Part shown: positions 38,001-49,800 of the stretch, one piece after another
Numbering within the stretch: the stretch's first letter is position 1
How the letters are laid out: each line of letters opens with the position of its first letter
NCBI GenBank assembly: GCA_964016885.1
Contig: OZ024741.1
Span: 620,001 to 684,000 of the forward strand
Length of the DNA stretch: 64,000 nucleotides
Origin: Eledone cirrhosa
Lineage: Eukaryota
Direction of reading: 5' to 3'
Translations under genes and position numbers: made by a program
The notes under the pieces: model-generated
Database searches by the model: none
Told to the model about the DNA's origin: nothing
What the model saw: only the letters and a program-made list of their open reading frames with translations

Positions 38001-39380
38001 GGTGTTTGCACTGACCCAGAAGTGGGCCGAGTGCAAACTGTCCCTGAAAGGTCAGGCGGAGGTGGCGAACACTTATATAGCGTCCATCATCTACTACCGC
38101 CTGACCGTTGTGCCTTGCCCAAGGGAAACGCTCGCCAAAATGGAGCGCGCACTTTTCCAATTCCTTTGGAAGAAGCTGGGTCCTATGGTGAGGAGATCCA
38201 TCTGCTGTCAACACCCTTCGAAAGGAGGGCTGGGGATGCCGTGGCTAACGATACGTAAACACGCATTAAGGCTACGGCACCTCCAGGTATTCCTCACCGA
38301 TCAACCGGTGTGGGCCCCGTTTGTGAGGCGAGCCTTTCCCAGACTCATCTCACTCACCGAGCTGCAATCCTGGGTCAAGCAAAGACGAGAAAACTGGGTG
38401 CCTGGCACACCGAGTATGCCCAGGTGCTCACGGCTCTCTGGCAGGCGGACCCAGCTGTCAGTGGAGAATCCACCTCGTCATTCTATAGAGGGCTGGTGGT
38501 TAGCAGGTGCGACGATGCCCTCGGAGAAGCCCTAGGCATGGAGGAAGATGAACTGGCCAACCTGTTCGGTAGGACATTCAGCCCGGGACCCATGGATAAC
38601 TTCCAGAGGTTCCTGGCCTGGCAGTGCTACCGAAGAGCTCTGCCCATTCGAGAAAGGCTCTACAGACACGGGCGCCCGGGTAGGGACCCCTCGAAAAAGA
38701 TCTGTCCCAGATGCGTGTGCGACGAGGAAACCGTTGCACACACATTGGTACACTGCTCGGGCATTGCCGATCTGTGGGGCTATGTCGAACAACTGCTGTC
38801 AAGGGTGGGACCGATCCGGTTGACCACCGAGTCTATTGTAACGATCAAGCCGCCCTCCCTCTTCAAAAACGAAGGAGAGGCGGTGTTTCTGTGCGTAATA
38901 GACATGGCGAAAGAGGTTGTATGGTGGACGCGTCTGAAAGGACTGAGGTCAGACACCTTTCTCTCTGGCCAACAACTGGTCCGTTTCTTCCGATATCATT
39001 TCGGAAGAAGGATCAGGATGGAGAGAGAGGTGCTGCACCCCAGCCGTTTTTATGAAAGATGGGTGAAAGTGGCGAGAATGGCCTGTGTGAATGGGCCTTC
39101 ACTCTACATCAGACTATAGGTGAGGAAGAGGAAAGATCATGGGAGCACCCCCTCTCTGTGCTCTTGAGGAGAAGGGTTGCACACTTTTTTCGGGGGTGTG
39201 TGCGACCCCCCAAGGCGCCTCCTCCCTATGGAGGATTTTGTTATAAAATTTATTTTGTTATATTGTATTTTATTTTTATACTTTGTTATTGCCTCCTCCA
39301 TATTGAGGACGCCTTGTTATGTAAACTCCCCCCATTGTACTTGTCCCACTTTTGATGCCCTGGTGGCAAATAAAAAGAAA
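35041..39380 (+). mobile_element. Tx1/L1-clade LINE: ORF1 3' part, ORF2, 3'UTR with AATAAA and A-rich end
   Basis: Open frame to 35658 followed by ORF2; aataaa at 39369. Confidence 0.9.
35683..39119 (+). pseudogene. Tx1 ORF2 (APE endonuclease - RT - CCHC), one frameshift near 38390
   Basis: CLNAHGL, VGDWN, SYLDRF, YSDHK, GPGYWKLN, FRPITLLN, LDQSKAFDRVDH, RQGCP, YADDV, KGGLG, CPRC..ETVAHTLVHC. Confidence 0.92.
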
Positions 39381-39906
39381 GTTATCTGTATGTCTATCCA
39401 TCTGTCTACTTGTCTGGCTACCTGTCTATCTGTCTGTCTGTTAGTCTGGCTACCTATCTATCTGCCTGTCCACCATGCTACCTGTCTCTCTACCTGTCAA
39501 CCTGTCTGGTTATCTGTTTATCTCTCTGTCTATCTGTCTGTCTACCTGTCTACCTACCTGGCTATCTGTCTGTGTACCTGTCTGCCTGTCCATCTGTCTC
39601 TATGACAGTCAACTTATAGTTATCTATTTGTGTAGATTTATCAATGTATCTCTCTTCAGACAAGAATAATAACAGCAAAGCCCATATCGCAATAGTAGTT
39701 CGAAGATAGAACAAAGTCATCGTAATTTAGTGGGAAATCATCTTAATTGATGTAAATAAATGTAAAAGTAAATATGGCAATGGCCAGAGTGACAAGAGGA
39801 GGAAGTTCAGGGAATATCTAGGATTCAAACATCTTTACATAGAATGGTGTAATCAAGGAGGAATTTTAAAATCAAATATTTTTAGTATAAAACAGATATT
39901 GTGCTA

Positions 39907-39941
<35 letters not shown>

Positions 39942-39942
<1 letters not shown>

Positions 39943-41166
39943 TGTCGACTGTGCTCCGGGAGGAACAAGCTGACTTCCGAAAAAATCGATCTTGCACAGA
40001 ACAGATCTTTACACTACGCAACATTCTCGAACAATGCGTTGATCTACAACAGCCTTTGGCGGTCAATGTTATTGATTTCCAGAAGGCATTCGACAGTGTA
40101 CACCGAGAGTCACTGTGGAATGTTGCACAACTGTACGGCATTCCTGCAAGATTCATTGCCATTTTCAAGGCCCTGTATGAAAACTCCAGCTGCTGCGTGC
40201 GGACTGAGTCCAGTGTGATGGAGTTCTTTGACATTGTCTCCGGAGTCAGACAGGGTTGCATTCTCTCTCCACTGTTGTTCCTGCTGGCAACCGATTTTGT
40301 ACTAAGGCGAATGGATGAAGGACCCGGTCGAGGAATCCCATGGAGAGGGCAGTCGAGGCTGAGGGACCTGGCATTCGCCGACGACATTGCTTTGATTGCT
40401 GAAAACAGTGCAGATCTGCAGGCCCTAACAACACCCCTACAAGAGAGTGCGGAAAAGATCGGCCTGAGAATCAACACCAAAAAGACCAAGGTCATGAGAA
40501 CGGCCAGCAACACAGGTCCAGTTATCAGAGTCAACCAACAGGACCTCGAGGAAGTCCATCACTTCACCTATCTGGACAGCATCCTGACAGGCAGCGGCGA
40601 CGCGGAGCTCGACATCAACTGTCGGATTGGCAAAGGAGCCGCAGTTTTCCAGCGGCTGTGCCCAGTCTGGTCATCTTCATGCATTAGCACCAAGACCAAG
40701 CTCCGCCTGTACAAGAGCATTGTGCTGCCGACAGTGCTTTATGTAAGCGAGACCTGGAAGAATACGGCAAAAATAGAGAGACGGCTGAACGGTTTCCACC
40801 AGTGGTGCCTGCGAAAGATCCTTCGTGTGTCCTGGCACGACCGAGTGTGAAACGAGGAGATCCTGCAGAGAGCCGAGTCGTGGAGGCTACAGAGAGTGGT
40901 CACGGAGCGTTGGTGCTGTCTGGCTGGCCGCCATATTCTGTGTCTGCCAAATGAACGGCATTCGAAAACAGCGATGAACTGGACTCCGCCTGGCGGTAAA
41001 CGGAGGCGGGGTTGCCCAAGGATCACCTGGCGACAAACGTTCCAGAAGAACCTGATGGCAGCCAACATCACCTGGCACGGTCTCAAAAAAGATGCCGCTG
41101 ATCGTGACCGTTGGCGAGTACTCACTGCTCGATGCGCCAAATGGCGTGGAAGAATCTAAGACTGAC

Positions 41167-41170
<4 letters not shown>
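39942..41170 (+). mobile_element. RTE-clade LINE, 5'-truncated, ctaag-repeat tail
   Basis: EEQADFR, IDFQKAFDSVHR, GVRQGCILSPLLF, FADDIAL, SETW; lies between (TA)n 39909-39941 and (AG)n 41169-41225. Confidence 0.92.
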
Positions 41171-41227
<57 letters not shown>

Positions 41228-41349
41228 CAGTGGCTGTTTCAACAGCAAATTCGGAATTTCTGTCAGAACAGCATGAGTTCAGCCATCGGGCCCTGGCTCT
41301 CTACTACCCCAAGTATTGAGTACTCTGCTTAATAATGGTCTTACTAGCT

Positions 41350-44160
41350 TAAAACTGGTATAATCCTGATCCCAGCCCAACCCCCCCAAACAAAACCAGC
41401 CAAGCTCATGGATGTTATCCTACCATCATGCTCGGGGTCTACACCTGGGTCTCTTACCGGTTGGCTTTGCACATAAAATCTTTCCAGCGATTCTTTCCTA
41501 AGACATTCTAACCACATACCTATAGTATCAGAGCTGTGGTCTCTCAATTCAGAGATTAGCAACTCTATATGTAGTCACTCTCTGATCTCCAACCTATGCA
41601 CTCTATCAAGTAATGCTACTCCAAAGCCTCTTCGGATGAACCCCATTTTGGCTGTTTGTTTTTCTGATTGTATTCTTTCGGTCATAATCCAAGATTCATG
41701 ACCATAGTTAAGGGTTGGCTCGAATAGCAAGTTTGCCTTTTAGACCTATCTCCCTCTCTCTGATTACTGAATGCTGAAGCTGGCACATTACTGCACCAAT
41801 TCCTACAATTCTTGCAATTAATTCAGTCTCCTGCTTTCCATCATTCATGAACATGGCCCCGAGATACTTGTCTATCTTCAGTGGAACTTCATTCACATGT
41901 AGGGTGCACTGCACAAACTTCCTTGAGAGAATGAGTGTCTTTTCACACCACTAATTTTCCTTCCAGCCATACAGCCCTTGGCATCAAACCTATCAAGTGC
42001 AAGTCAGAGATTACCTTCTGTTGAGTTAAGTAATACCATGTCGCCTGCAAATTCCAGCCAACTGATATTACACCTGCCAGTCATGATACCACTTCCAACC
42101 CAGCTGTGTATGTCAATCCTGTTCATGTAAATAATGAATAGGAGAGGTGACAATATGCACCCTTGTTGGAGTCCAACTCCCACAGTGAATGATTTTGATT
42201 TATCACCATTTATCCAAACCCAAATACTCGGCCATTTGTATAGAGACATCAGGACACCAAGAAGCTGACCATCGATCTCATACTCCTACACAACCTTCTA
42301 CAGCAGGCCCGAAGAATGCGGTCATATGCCTTTCCAAGATCTACAAAACAAGAATATACCTCTTGGCAATACTCCCACGATTTCTCAAAAACCTGCCATA
42401 GTGTGAATATTTGGTTGGCTGCGCTTCATCCAGGGTGAAAACCACACTGTTTATCTGTCTCAATTTGATGCTGCAAAAACTGGCAATGAGCATGCGGCGT
42501 ACAAAGACTGTGTATCCCAAGACCCCAAAGAGGGTCCGGAAGGTAGCAAACCTTAACAGTTGGAACCTGGAACATCACAACACTTACAGGTAAGGAACAG
42601 GAACTAGTGGAGGAGACTGGATGCTACCAGCTAGATATAGTCAGCGTTCTGATAAAGTAGATTTGGATTGAGGATGGAAACTGCACTACTCAGATGTGGT
42701 GTCAGAATATGTTATAGACTGGATCCCATTAGGAGGGAGGATTTTCCTCTTGAAGCTTAGGCTGGAAGATAGGTCTCTGTGGGTGGTGCAAGTTTATGCA
42801 TCAAACAAGAAGTTCAAATACAGGTCCTTCTTTGATGAAATCACTGCAGCATTAGATGTAGTTAAGACTGAGTCATATATCCTGATCAGAGACTTCAACG
42901 TACATGTTGGCATTGACGACCTGACATGGAAAGGAGTGATTGGAAGGAATAGTGACCTCAATCTAAATACAAATGGGGCCTTATTGGACTTCTGTTTGAG
43001 CAATAGCCTCTCTATTATGAACATCTTCCAGCATAGAGACATCCATAAATTTACATGATATAAGGGGAATCAGGGACAGAGATGAATAATTTTGTTGTTG
43101 TCTCTGATCTCTTTGGTACTGTGCTGGATGTTCATGTTAAGAGAGAGGCTGAGCTGTCAGTTGATCACCATCTAGTTATCTGCAGCTTGAGACTACCTAA
43201 GACCAAAGAAGCCCATAAAACTAGCAGGTCCAGGGTGACCTACAGGATAAAGTGGGAAACATTGGTGGAAAAAGAAGTCAGGACCAGGTATGCAGATACT
43301 ATTGCATCCAAATTCAGAAAACTCCCTGAGTAAACTGAGGATATTGAGACAGAGTGGAGATTGTTCAGCGCAGCAGTTTCTACTTCAGCTGTTAAATGCA
43401 GTGGGTGAAAGAAGCTTGGTGTGGAGCTGGATGGCAGGAGGACCCCTTGGTTCAATCAAGAGGTCAAAGATGCCATCCAAGCAAAGAAGGAAGCCTACAA
43501 AGCTTGGCTTGGAAATAAGTCCTTCTTGCACTTGTGGTACAAGCAGGCATGAAGAATAGCAGCAGTGACAGTAAAGGTGTCCAAAGTTAAGACATCGGAG
43601 GACTTTGGGGTTCAGCTGGAATCCAACTTCAGATGAGCAAATAAAGTGTTCTGGCAGACCATCTGCCAATTTTGTAATAAGAAGCCCTCCTTTACACCTG
43701 GTATCAGGAATACGTCTGGGGTTCTCCTCTCTTCAGGTGCATTCTCATGAGGTGGAGAGAATACTTTGCTGATCTCCTAAACCTGATCACATCATCTTCT
43801 GATGTACACAAGGTATATCTGGGAACAGTGACTAATCTCTCAGGGGCTGAAGTCACAAGAGCAGTTAAAGAGCTCAAATGTGGCAAGGCTGCTGGGAAAG
43901 ATGAAATCTGATCCGAGATGTTAAAAGCCTGAAATAGAGAAAGTATTCTCTGGCTGACTTGTCTGTGCCGGGTGGCCTGGATCTCTGGAAAGTCACCTAA
44001 GTAATGGCAATCAGAGGTGATAATCTCAATTTTCATAAAGCGAAACAAGAGAGATTGTTCTAATTACAGAGGGATCACCTTGTTAAGTCTCACCATTTAA
44101 ATTGGTGCTAAGATTTTGGCAAAGAGATGCAGAGAGATTGTTAAGTCCAAGCTAGCTGAT
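41350..44160. mobile_element. Degraded RTE with inverted halves: RT/3' part minus (41350-42455), EN/5' part plus (42456-44160)
   Basis: Plus: VVQVYAS, RDFNVHVG, SVDHHLV, NYRGITLLS..REIVKSKLAD; minus: KQCGFHPG, GLQQGCILSPLLF, FAGDMVL; a further 3' end on plus at 44205-44350. Confidence 0.8.
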
Positions 44161-44549
44161 TTTTTAACATATCCTTTAAATGTGTGTGTGTGTGTGGGTG
44201 TGCCAGTGGTAGACCCCAAGCAAGATGGTTGGATAACAGCCAGATCAGTTGGATACATTTGCTTCTGACATGACCTGCTGGAAGGAGTGTTTAAGGACTC
44301 TGCCCTCACAACCCTTTTAGGAATAGGTGGATGAAGAAGTAGAAGATATATATATGCAAAGAGAGGTTTGCAGATGAATATATAACCCCCGATCTTGATG
44401 AGCACTTTATTTTAGTACTATAATAATATTAATTGTTTCTACTTTAGGCACAAGGCCAGCAATTACCCAGTACATTACTGGTACTTTATTTTATAGACCC
44501 CGTAAGGATGAAAGGCAAAGTTAACCTCAGCGGGATTTTGGTAATAAAC

Positions 44550-44716
44550 ATTGTAAATGTGGTTGGTGTTAGGAAGGGCATCCAGCCATAGAAAACCTGC
44601 CAGATACAGTCCTATACAAGCGAGACACGGTCACCCGATCAATCTTGCCTTAAGTGGGACAATTCCTGTCTAACCCATGTTAATGTGGAAGATAGACGTT
44701 AAATGATGATGATGAT
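44550..44716 (+). mobile_element. RTE 3'UTR/SINE tail with (GAT)n
   Basis: Matches 7055-7220. Confidence 0.75.
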
Positions 44717-45127
44717 GTTTCTACTTTTTGGTACAAGGCCAGCAATTATCCCAGTACATTACTGGTGCTTCATTTTATTGACCCCGTAAGGCAAAGTTAA
44801 CCTCAGCAGGATTTGAACTCAGAACGTAAAAGGTCACAACTCTATGCTGCAAAGCTCTACTGATACTGCCAATTCACCACCCTAATAATAATAATAATAA
44901 TGGTTTCTGATTTAGGCACAAGCCAGCACATTTTGGGGGAGGGTAAAGTCAATTAAATCAACCACAGAACATTACTGGTACTTATTTTATTGACACTGTA
45001 AGGATGAAGGGCAAAGTTAACCTGTGGCATAAAGTAAAGGGTCGTAACTCTATGCTACAAAGCATGGTGTCCGACGCTCTACCGATACTACCACCAAAGA
45101 TAACTAACAATAATTCGAATTACTTAC

Positions 45128-45183
45128 ATGTCCAGAATATGATATAGAAACTGACGCAGGGCTGGATTTACTGAAATCTTCAT
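45128..45183 (-). CDS. Upstream coding exon of the transporter (exon 45196-45128)
   Basis: Acceptor taatttcAG, ATG at 45183, MKISVNPALRQFLYHILD + AT|GTAAGT; phase 2 joins G at 34302 to give ..LDMEFNEEW. Confidence 0.7.
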
Positions 45184-46131
45184 AAAATAGAATTTTCTGA
45201 AATTATAACAAACAAACATTTTTAAAAATCTATCAGTAAATAACATTTTTTTTATTTCATCTAAGATTTATTGATGAAATGATCATAGATGTTAAAACAG
45301 GACAGACAAAACCCTCTAAACTATCATCTTCATTAATGTTTAAAGATTTTGGCAACAAAGCCAACAAGTGGAAGAGGTAACTTGATTAGATCAACACCAG
45401 TGTCTGACTGGTACTTTATTTTATCAAACTGCATCCTTTTAAACTTCCATGCTTCCCAAAATTCGCCAACACTCCACCTGATATTCCCCCTCCAAATACA
45501 CATGTGTGTGTATCTGTGTGTATATCATGACTCATGCACTGTTCACTTTCCTGACATTTGTACATTATTCTATATACTATACATGCACCTTTGATGAGTT
45601 GTAGTGCACCTGAGCACTGTACATATTAAATTTTCATTATTATTATTATAAACCTCACAAGGGCAATGGATTGGCAGTATTGTCAGAGCATCGGACAACA
45701 TGCTTTGGAGCATATAGGTAAGGTTCTTTACAGTCTGAGTTCAAATCTCGCCAAGGTTAGCTTTGCCTTTCATCCTTACAGGGTCGATAAAATAAAGCAC
45801 ACAGGGGTCGATTTAATCGACTTTCTCCTCCCCTAAAATTGTGCCTAAATCAGAAACCATTTGAAGTAGAAACAATTATTATAAATCTCAGAAGGATAAA
45901 AGGCAAAGTTGACTATGGCAGAATATGAACCCAGCTGGTAAAGGGCCGGAACAAGATGCTGTTATGTTATCCTACCATCTTGAATGGACAGAATTCTTAT
46001 AGTTTCACACAAAATAGATTTTGCATTTGTATCCTTCTGAAATCAACTTCAGTTTCTTTCTTTTCAATGTTGTTGTTGTTGTCATCATCTAAATAAACAT
46101 AACATAATTTAAGAGAAAAGACGAATCTAAC

Positions 46132-46155
46132 CTCCAGTAATCTCTAGCGGTAAAT
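46132..46155 (-). other. Candidate 24-nt micro-exon (UTR or coding)
   Basis: tttctttcAG / GAG|GTTAGA; reads open (FTARDYWR|KFYFM) into the 45196 exon. Confidence 0.3.
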
Positions 46156-46823
46156 CTGAAAGAAATGTAAGGGATAAAATAAAGATACATTCAATCTGCC
46201 CCATGTGTAATTTGAAATCGATTTTAACTTATGCCCCAATAATCTGAATAATATTTCTTGTTACTTAGAGATAAAATACTATGTGGGTAATCTGAACCTG
46301 CTGCATCGGCATTTTATCAACTAAGTTGCTTGCATCGGGTAAGGTACTCCTCCTTTTCCACACTTGTTAGAAATAGAATGAACCAGTTACTGGTCCACTG
46401 GAAACCTTAACTAACGATGCTATAGCCTACAAATTGTTATATAAAATAAATAGAAACAAATATGTACACATTAATTTGGATTCACAATTGTAGGTTGTGA
46501 GTTCGATTCCCAGACCGGGTGTTGCGTTATGTCCTTGAACAAGACACTTTATTTCATGTTGCTCCTTCTACCTGGAGTTGCGACCGATATTTAGTATTAG
46601 TAATTGGAAAGACCAATGGAAACTGTTTCCTCGGTCCAATCTAACAGAAGTTGATCGATCCCTAATTTATGTGGTCCTAAATACATTCATACTTGAGAGA
46701 TTGGATGGTCATGAGTGAAACGCCTTTGATAATATGACCAAGTGTTAACAATAACAATCGAGAGAGAGGGGGAGGAAAGGAAATTGCATCAACGTTTCCA
46801 TTTATCATCCATTGAAAATGTCC

Positions 46824-49800
46824 TTAACTCTGAAGAAGTGTACACATCTATCACAATTGGGTTAACTCTGAAGAAGTGTACACATCTATCACAATTGGGT
46901 TAACTCTGAAGAAGTGTACACATCTATCACAATTGGGTTAACTCTGAAGAAGTGTACACATCTATCACAATTGGGTTAACCCTGAAGAAGTGTACACATC
47001 TATCACAATTGGGTTAACCCTGAAGAAGTGTACACATCTATCACAATTGGGTTAACCCTGAAGAAGTATACACATCTATCACAATTGGGTTAACTCTGAA
47101 GAAGTGTACACATCTATCACAATTGGGTTAACTCTGAAGAAGTGTACACATCTATCACAATTGGGTTAACCCTGAAGAAGTGTACACATCTATCACAATT
47201 GAGTTAACCCTGAAGAAGTGTACACATCTATCACAATTGGGTTAACCCTGAAGAAGTGTACACATCTATCACAATTGGGTTAAACCTGAAGAAGTGTACA
47301 CATCTATCACAATTGGGTTAACTCAGAAGAAGTGTACACATCTATCACAATTGGGTTAACTCTGAAGAAGTGTACACATCTATCACAATTGGGTTAACTC
47401 TGAAGAAGTGTACACATCTATCACAATTGGGTTAAATCTGAAGTGTACACATCTATCACAATTGGGTTAACCCTGAAGAAGTGTACACATCTATCACAAT
47501 TGGGTTAACCCTGAAGAAGTGTACACATCTATCACAATTGGGTTAACCCTGAAGTGTACACATCTATCACAATTGGGTCAACACTGAAGAAGTGTACACA
47601 TCTATCACAATTGGGTTAACCCTGAAGAAGTATACACTTCTATCACAATTGGTTTAACTCTGAAGAAGTGTACACATCTATCACAATTGGGTTAACTCTG
47701 AAGAAGTGTACACATCTATCACAATTGGGTTAACCCTGAAGAAGTGTACACATCTCTCACAATTGGGTTAACCCTGAAGTGTACACATCTATCACAATTG
47801 GGTTAACCCTGAAGAAGTGTACACATCTATCACAATTGGGTTAACTTTGAAGAAGTGTACACATCTATCACAATTGGGTTAACCCTGAAGATTGTAACCT
47901 CTATCACAATTGGGTTAACCCTGAAGATTGTACACATCTATCACAATTGGGTTAACCCTGAAGATTGTACACATCTATCAGAATTGGGTTAACCCTGAAG
48001 ATTGTACACATCTATCACAATTGGGTTAACTCTGAAGAAGTGTACACATCTATCACAATTGGGTTAACTCTGAAGAAGTGTACACATCTATCACAATTGG
48101 GTTAACTCTGAAGTGTACACATCTATCACAATTGGGTTAACTCTGAAGAAGTGTACACATCTATCACAATTGGGTTAACTCTGAAGAAGTGTACACATCT
48201 ATCACAATTGGGTTAACTCTGAAGAAGTGTACACATCTATCACGATTGGGTTAACCCTGAAGAAGTGTACACATCTATCACAATTGGGTTAACCCTGAAG
48301 AAGTGTACACATCTATCACAATTGGGTTAACCCTGAAGAAGTGTACACATCTATCACAATTGGGTTAACCCTGAAGAAGTGTACACATCTATCACAATTG
48401 GGTCAACCCTGAAGAAGTGTACACATCTATCACAATTGGGTTAACCCTGAAGAAGTGTACACATCTATCACAATTGGGTTAACTCTGAAGAAGTGTACAC
48501 ATCTATCACAATTGGGTTAACTCTGAAGAAGTGTACACATCTATCACAATTGGGTTAACTCTGAAGAAGTGTACACATCTATCACAATTGGGTTAACCCT
48601 GAAGAAGTCTATACATCTATCACAATTGGGTTAACTCTGAAGAAGTGTACACATCTATCACAATTGGGTTAACTCTGAAGAAGTGTACACATCTATCACA
48701 ATTGGGTTAACCCTGAAGAAGTGTACACATCTATCACAATTGGGTTAACTCTGAAGAAGTGTACACATCTATCACAATTGGGTTAACTCTGAAGAAGTGT
48801 ACACATCTATCACAATTGGGTAAACTCTGAAACAGTGTACACATCTATCACAATTGGGTTAACTCTGAAGAAGTGTACACATCTATCACAATTGGGTTAA
48901 CTCTGAAGAAGTGTACACATCTATCACAATTGGGTTAACCCTGAAGAAGTGTACACATCTATCACAATTGGTTTAACCCTGAAGAAGTGTACACATCTAT
49001 CACAATTGGGTTAACCCTGAAGAAGTGTACACATCTATCACAATTGGGTCAACCCTGAAGAAGTGTACACATCTATCACAATTGGGTTAACTCTGAAGAA
49101 GTGTACACCTCAATCACAATTGGGTTAACTCTGAAGAAGTGTACATATCTATCACAATAGGATTAACCCTGAAGAAGTGTACACATCTATCACAATTGGG
49201 TTAACCCTGAAGATTGTACACATCTATCACAATTGGGTTAACCCTGAAGATTGTACACATCTATCACAATTGGTTTAACTCTGAAGAAGTGTACACATCT
49301 ATCACAATTGGGTTAACCCTGAAGATTGTACACATCTATCACAATTGGGTTAACTCTGAAGAAGTGTACACATCTATCACAATTGGGTTAACTCTGAAGA
49401 AGTGTACACATCTATCACGATAGGGTTAACCCTGAAGAAGTGTACACATCTATCACAATTGAGTTAACTCTGAAGAAGTGTACACATCTATCACAATTAG
49501 GTCAACCCGGAAGACGTGTACACATCTATCACAATTGGGTCAACACTGAAGAAGTGTACACATCTATCACAATTGGGTTAACTCTGAAGAAGTGTACACA
49601 TCTATCACAATTGGGTTAACTCTGAAGAAGTGTACACATCTATCACGATTGGGTTAACCCTGAAGAAGTGTACACATCTATCACAATTGGGTTAACTCTG
49701 AAGAAGTGTACACATCTATCACAATTGGGTTAACTCTGAAGAAGTGTACACATCTATCACAATTGGGTTAACCCTGAAGAAGTGTACACATCTATCACAA

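Noticed and set aside
36456-38802. Antisense and alternative-frame ORFs over Tx1 ORF2
   Set aside because: Expected shadows of GC-rich coding DNA; no recognisable motifs.
39900-39910. Third Helitron end (gctagtgtat)
   Set aside because: No subterminal hairpin or upstream similarity to the other two ends.
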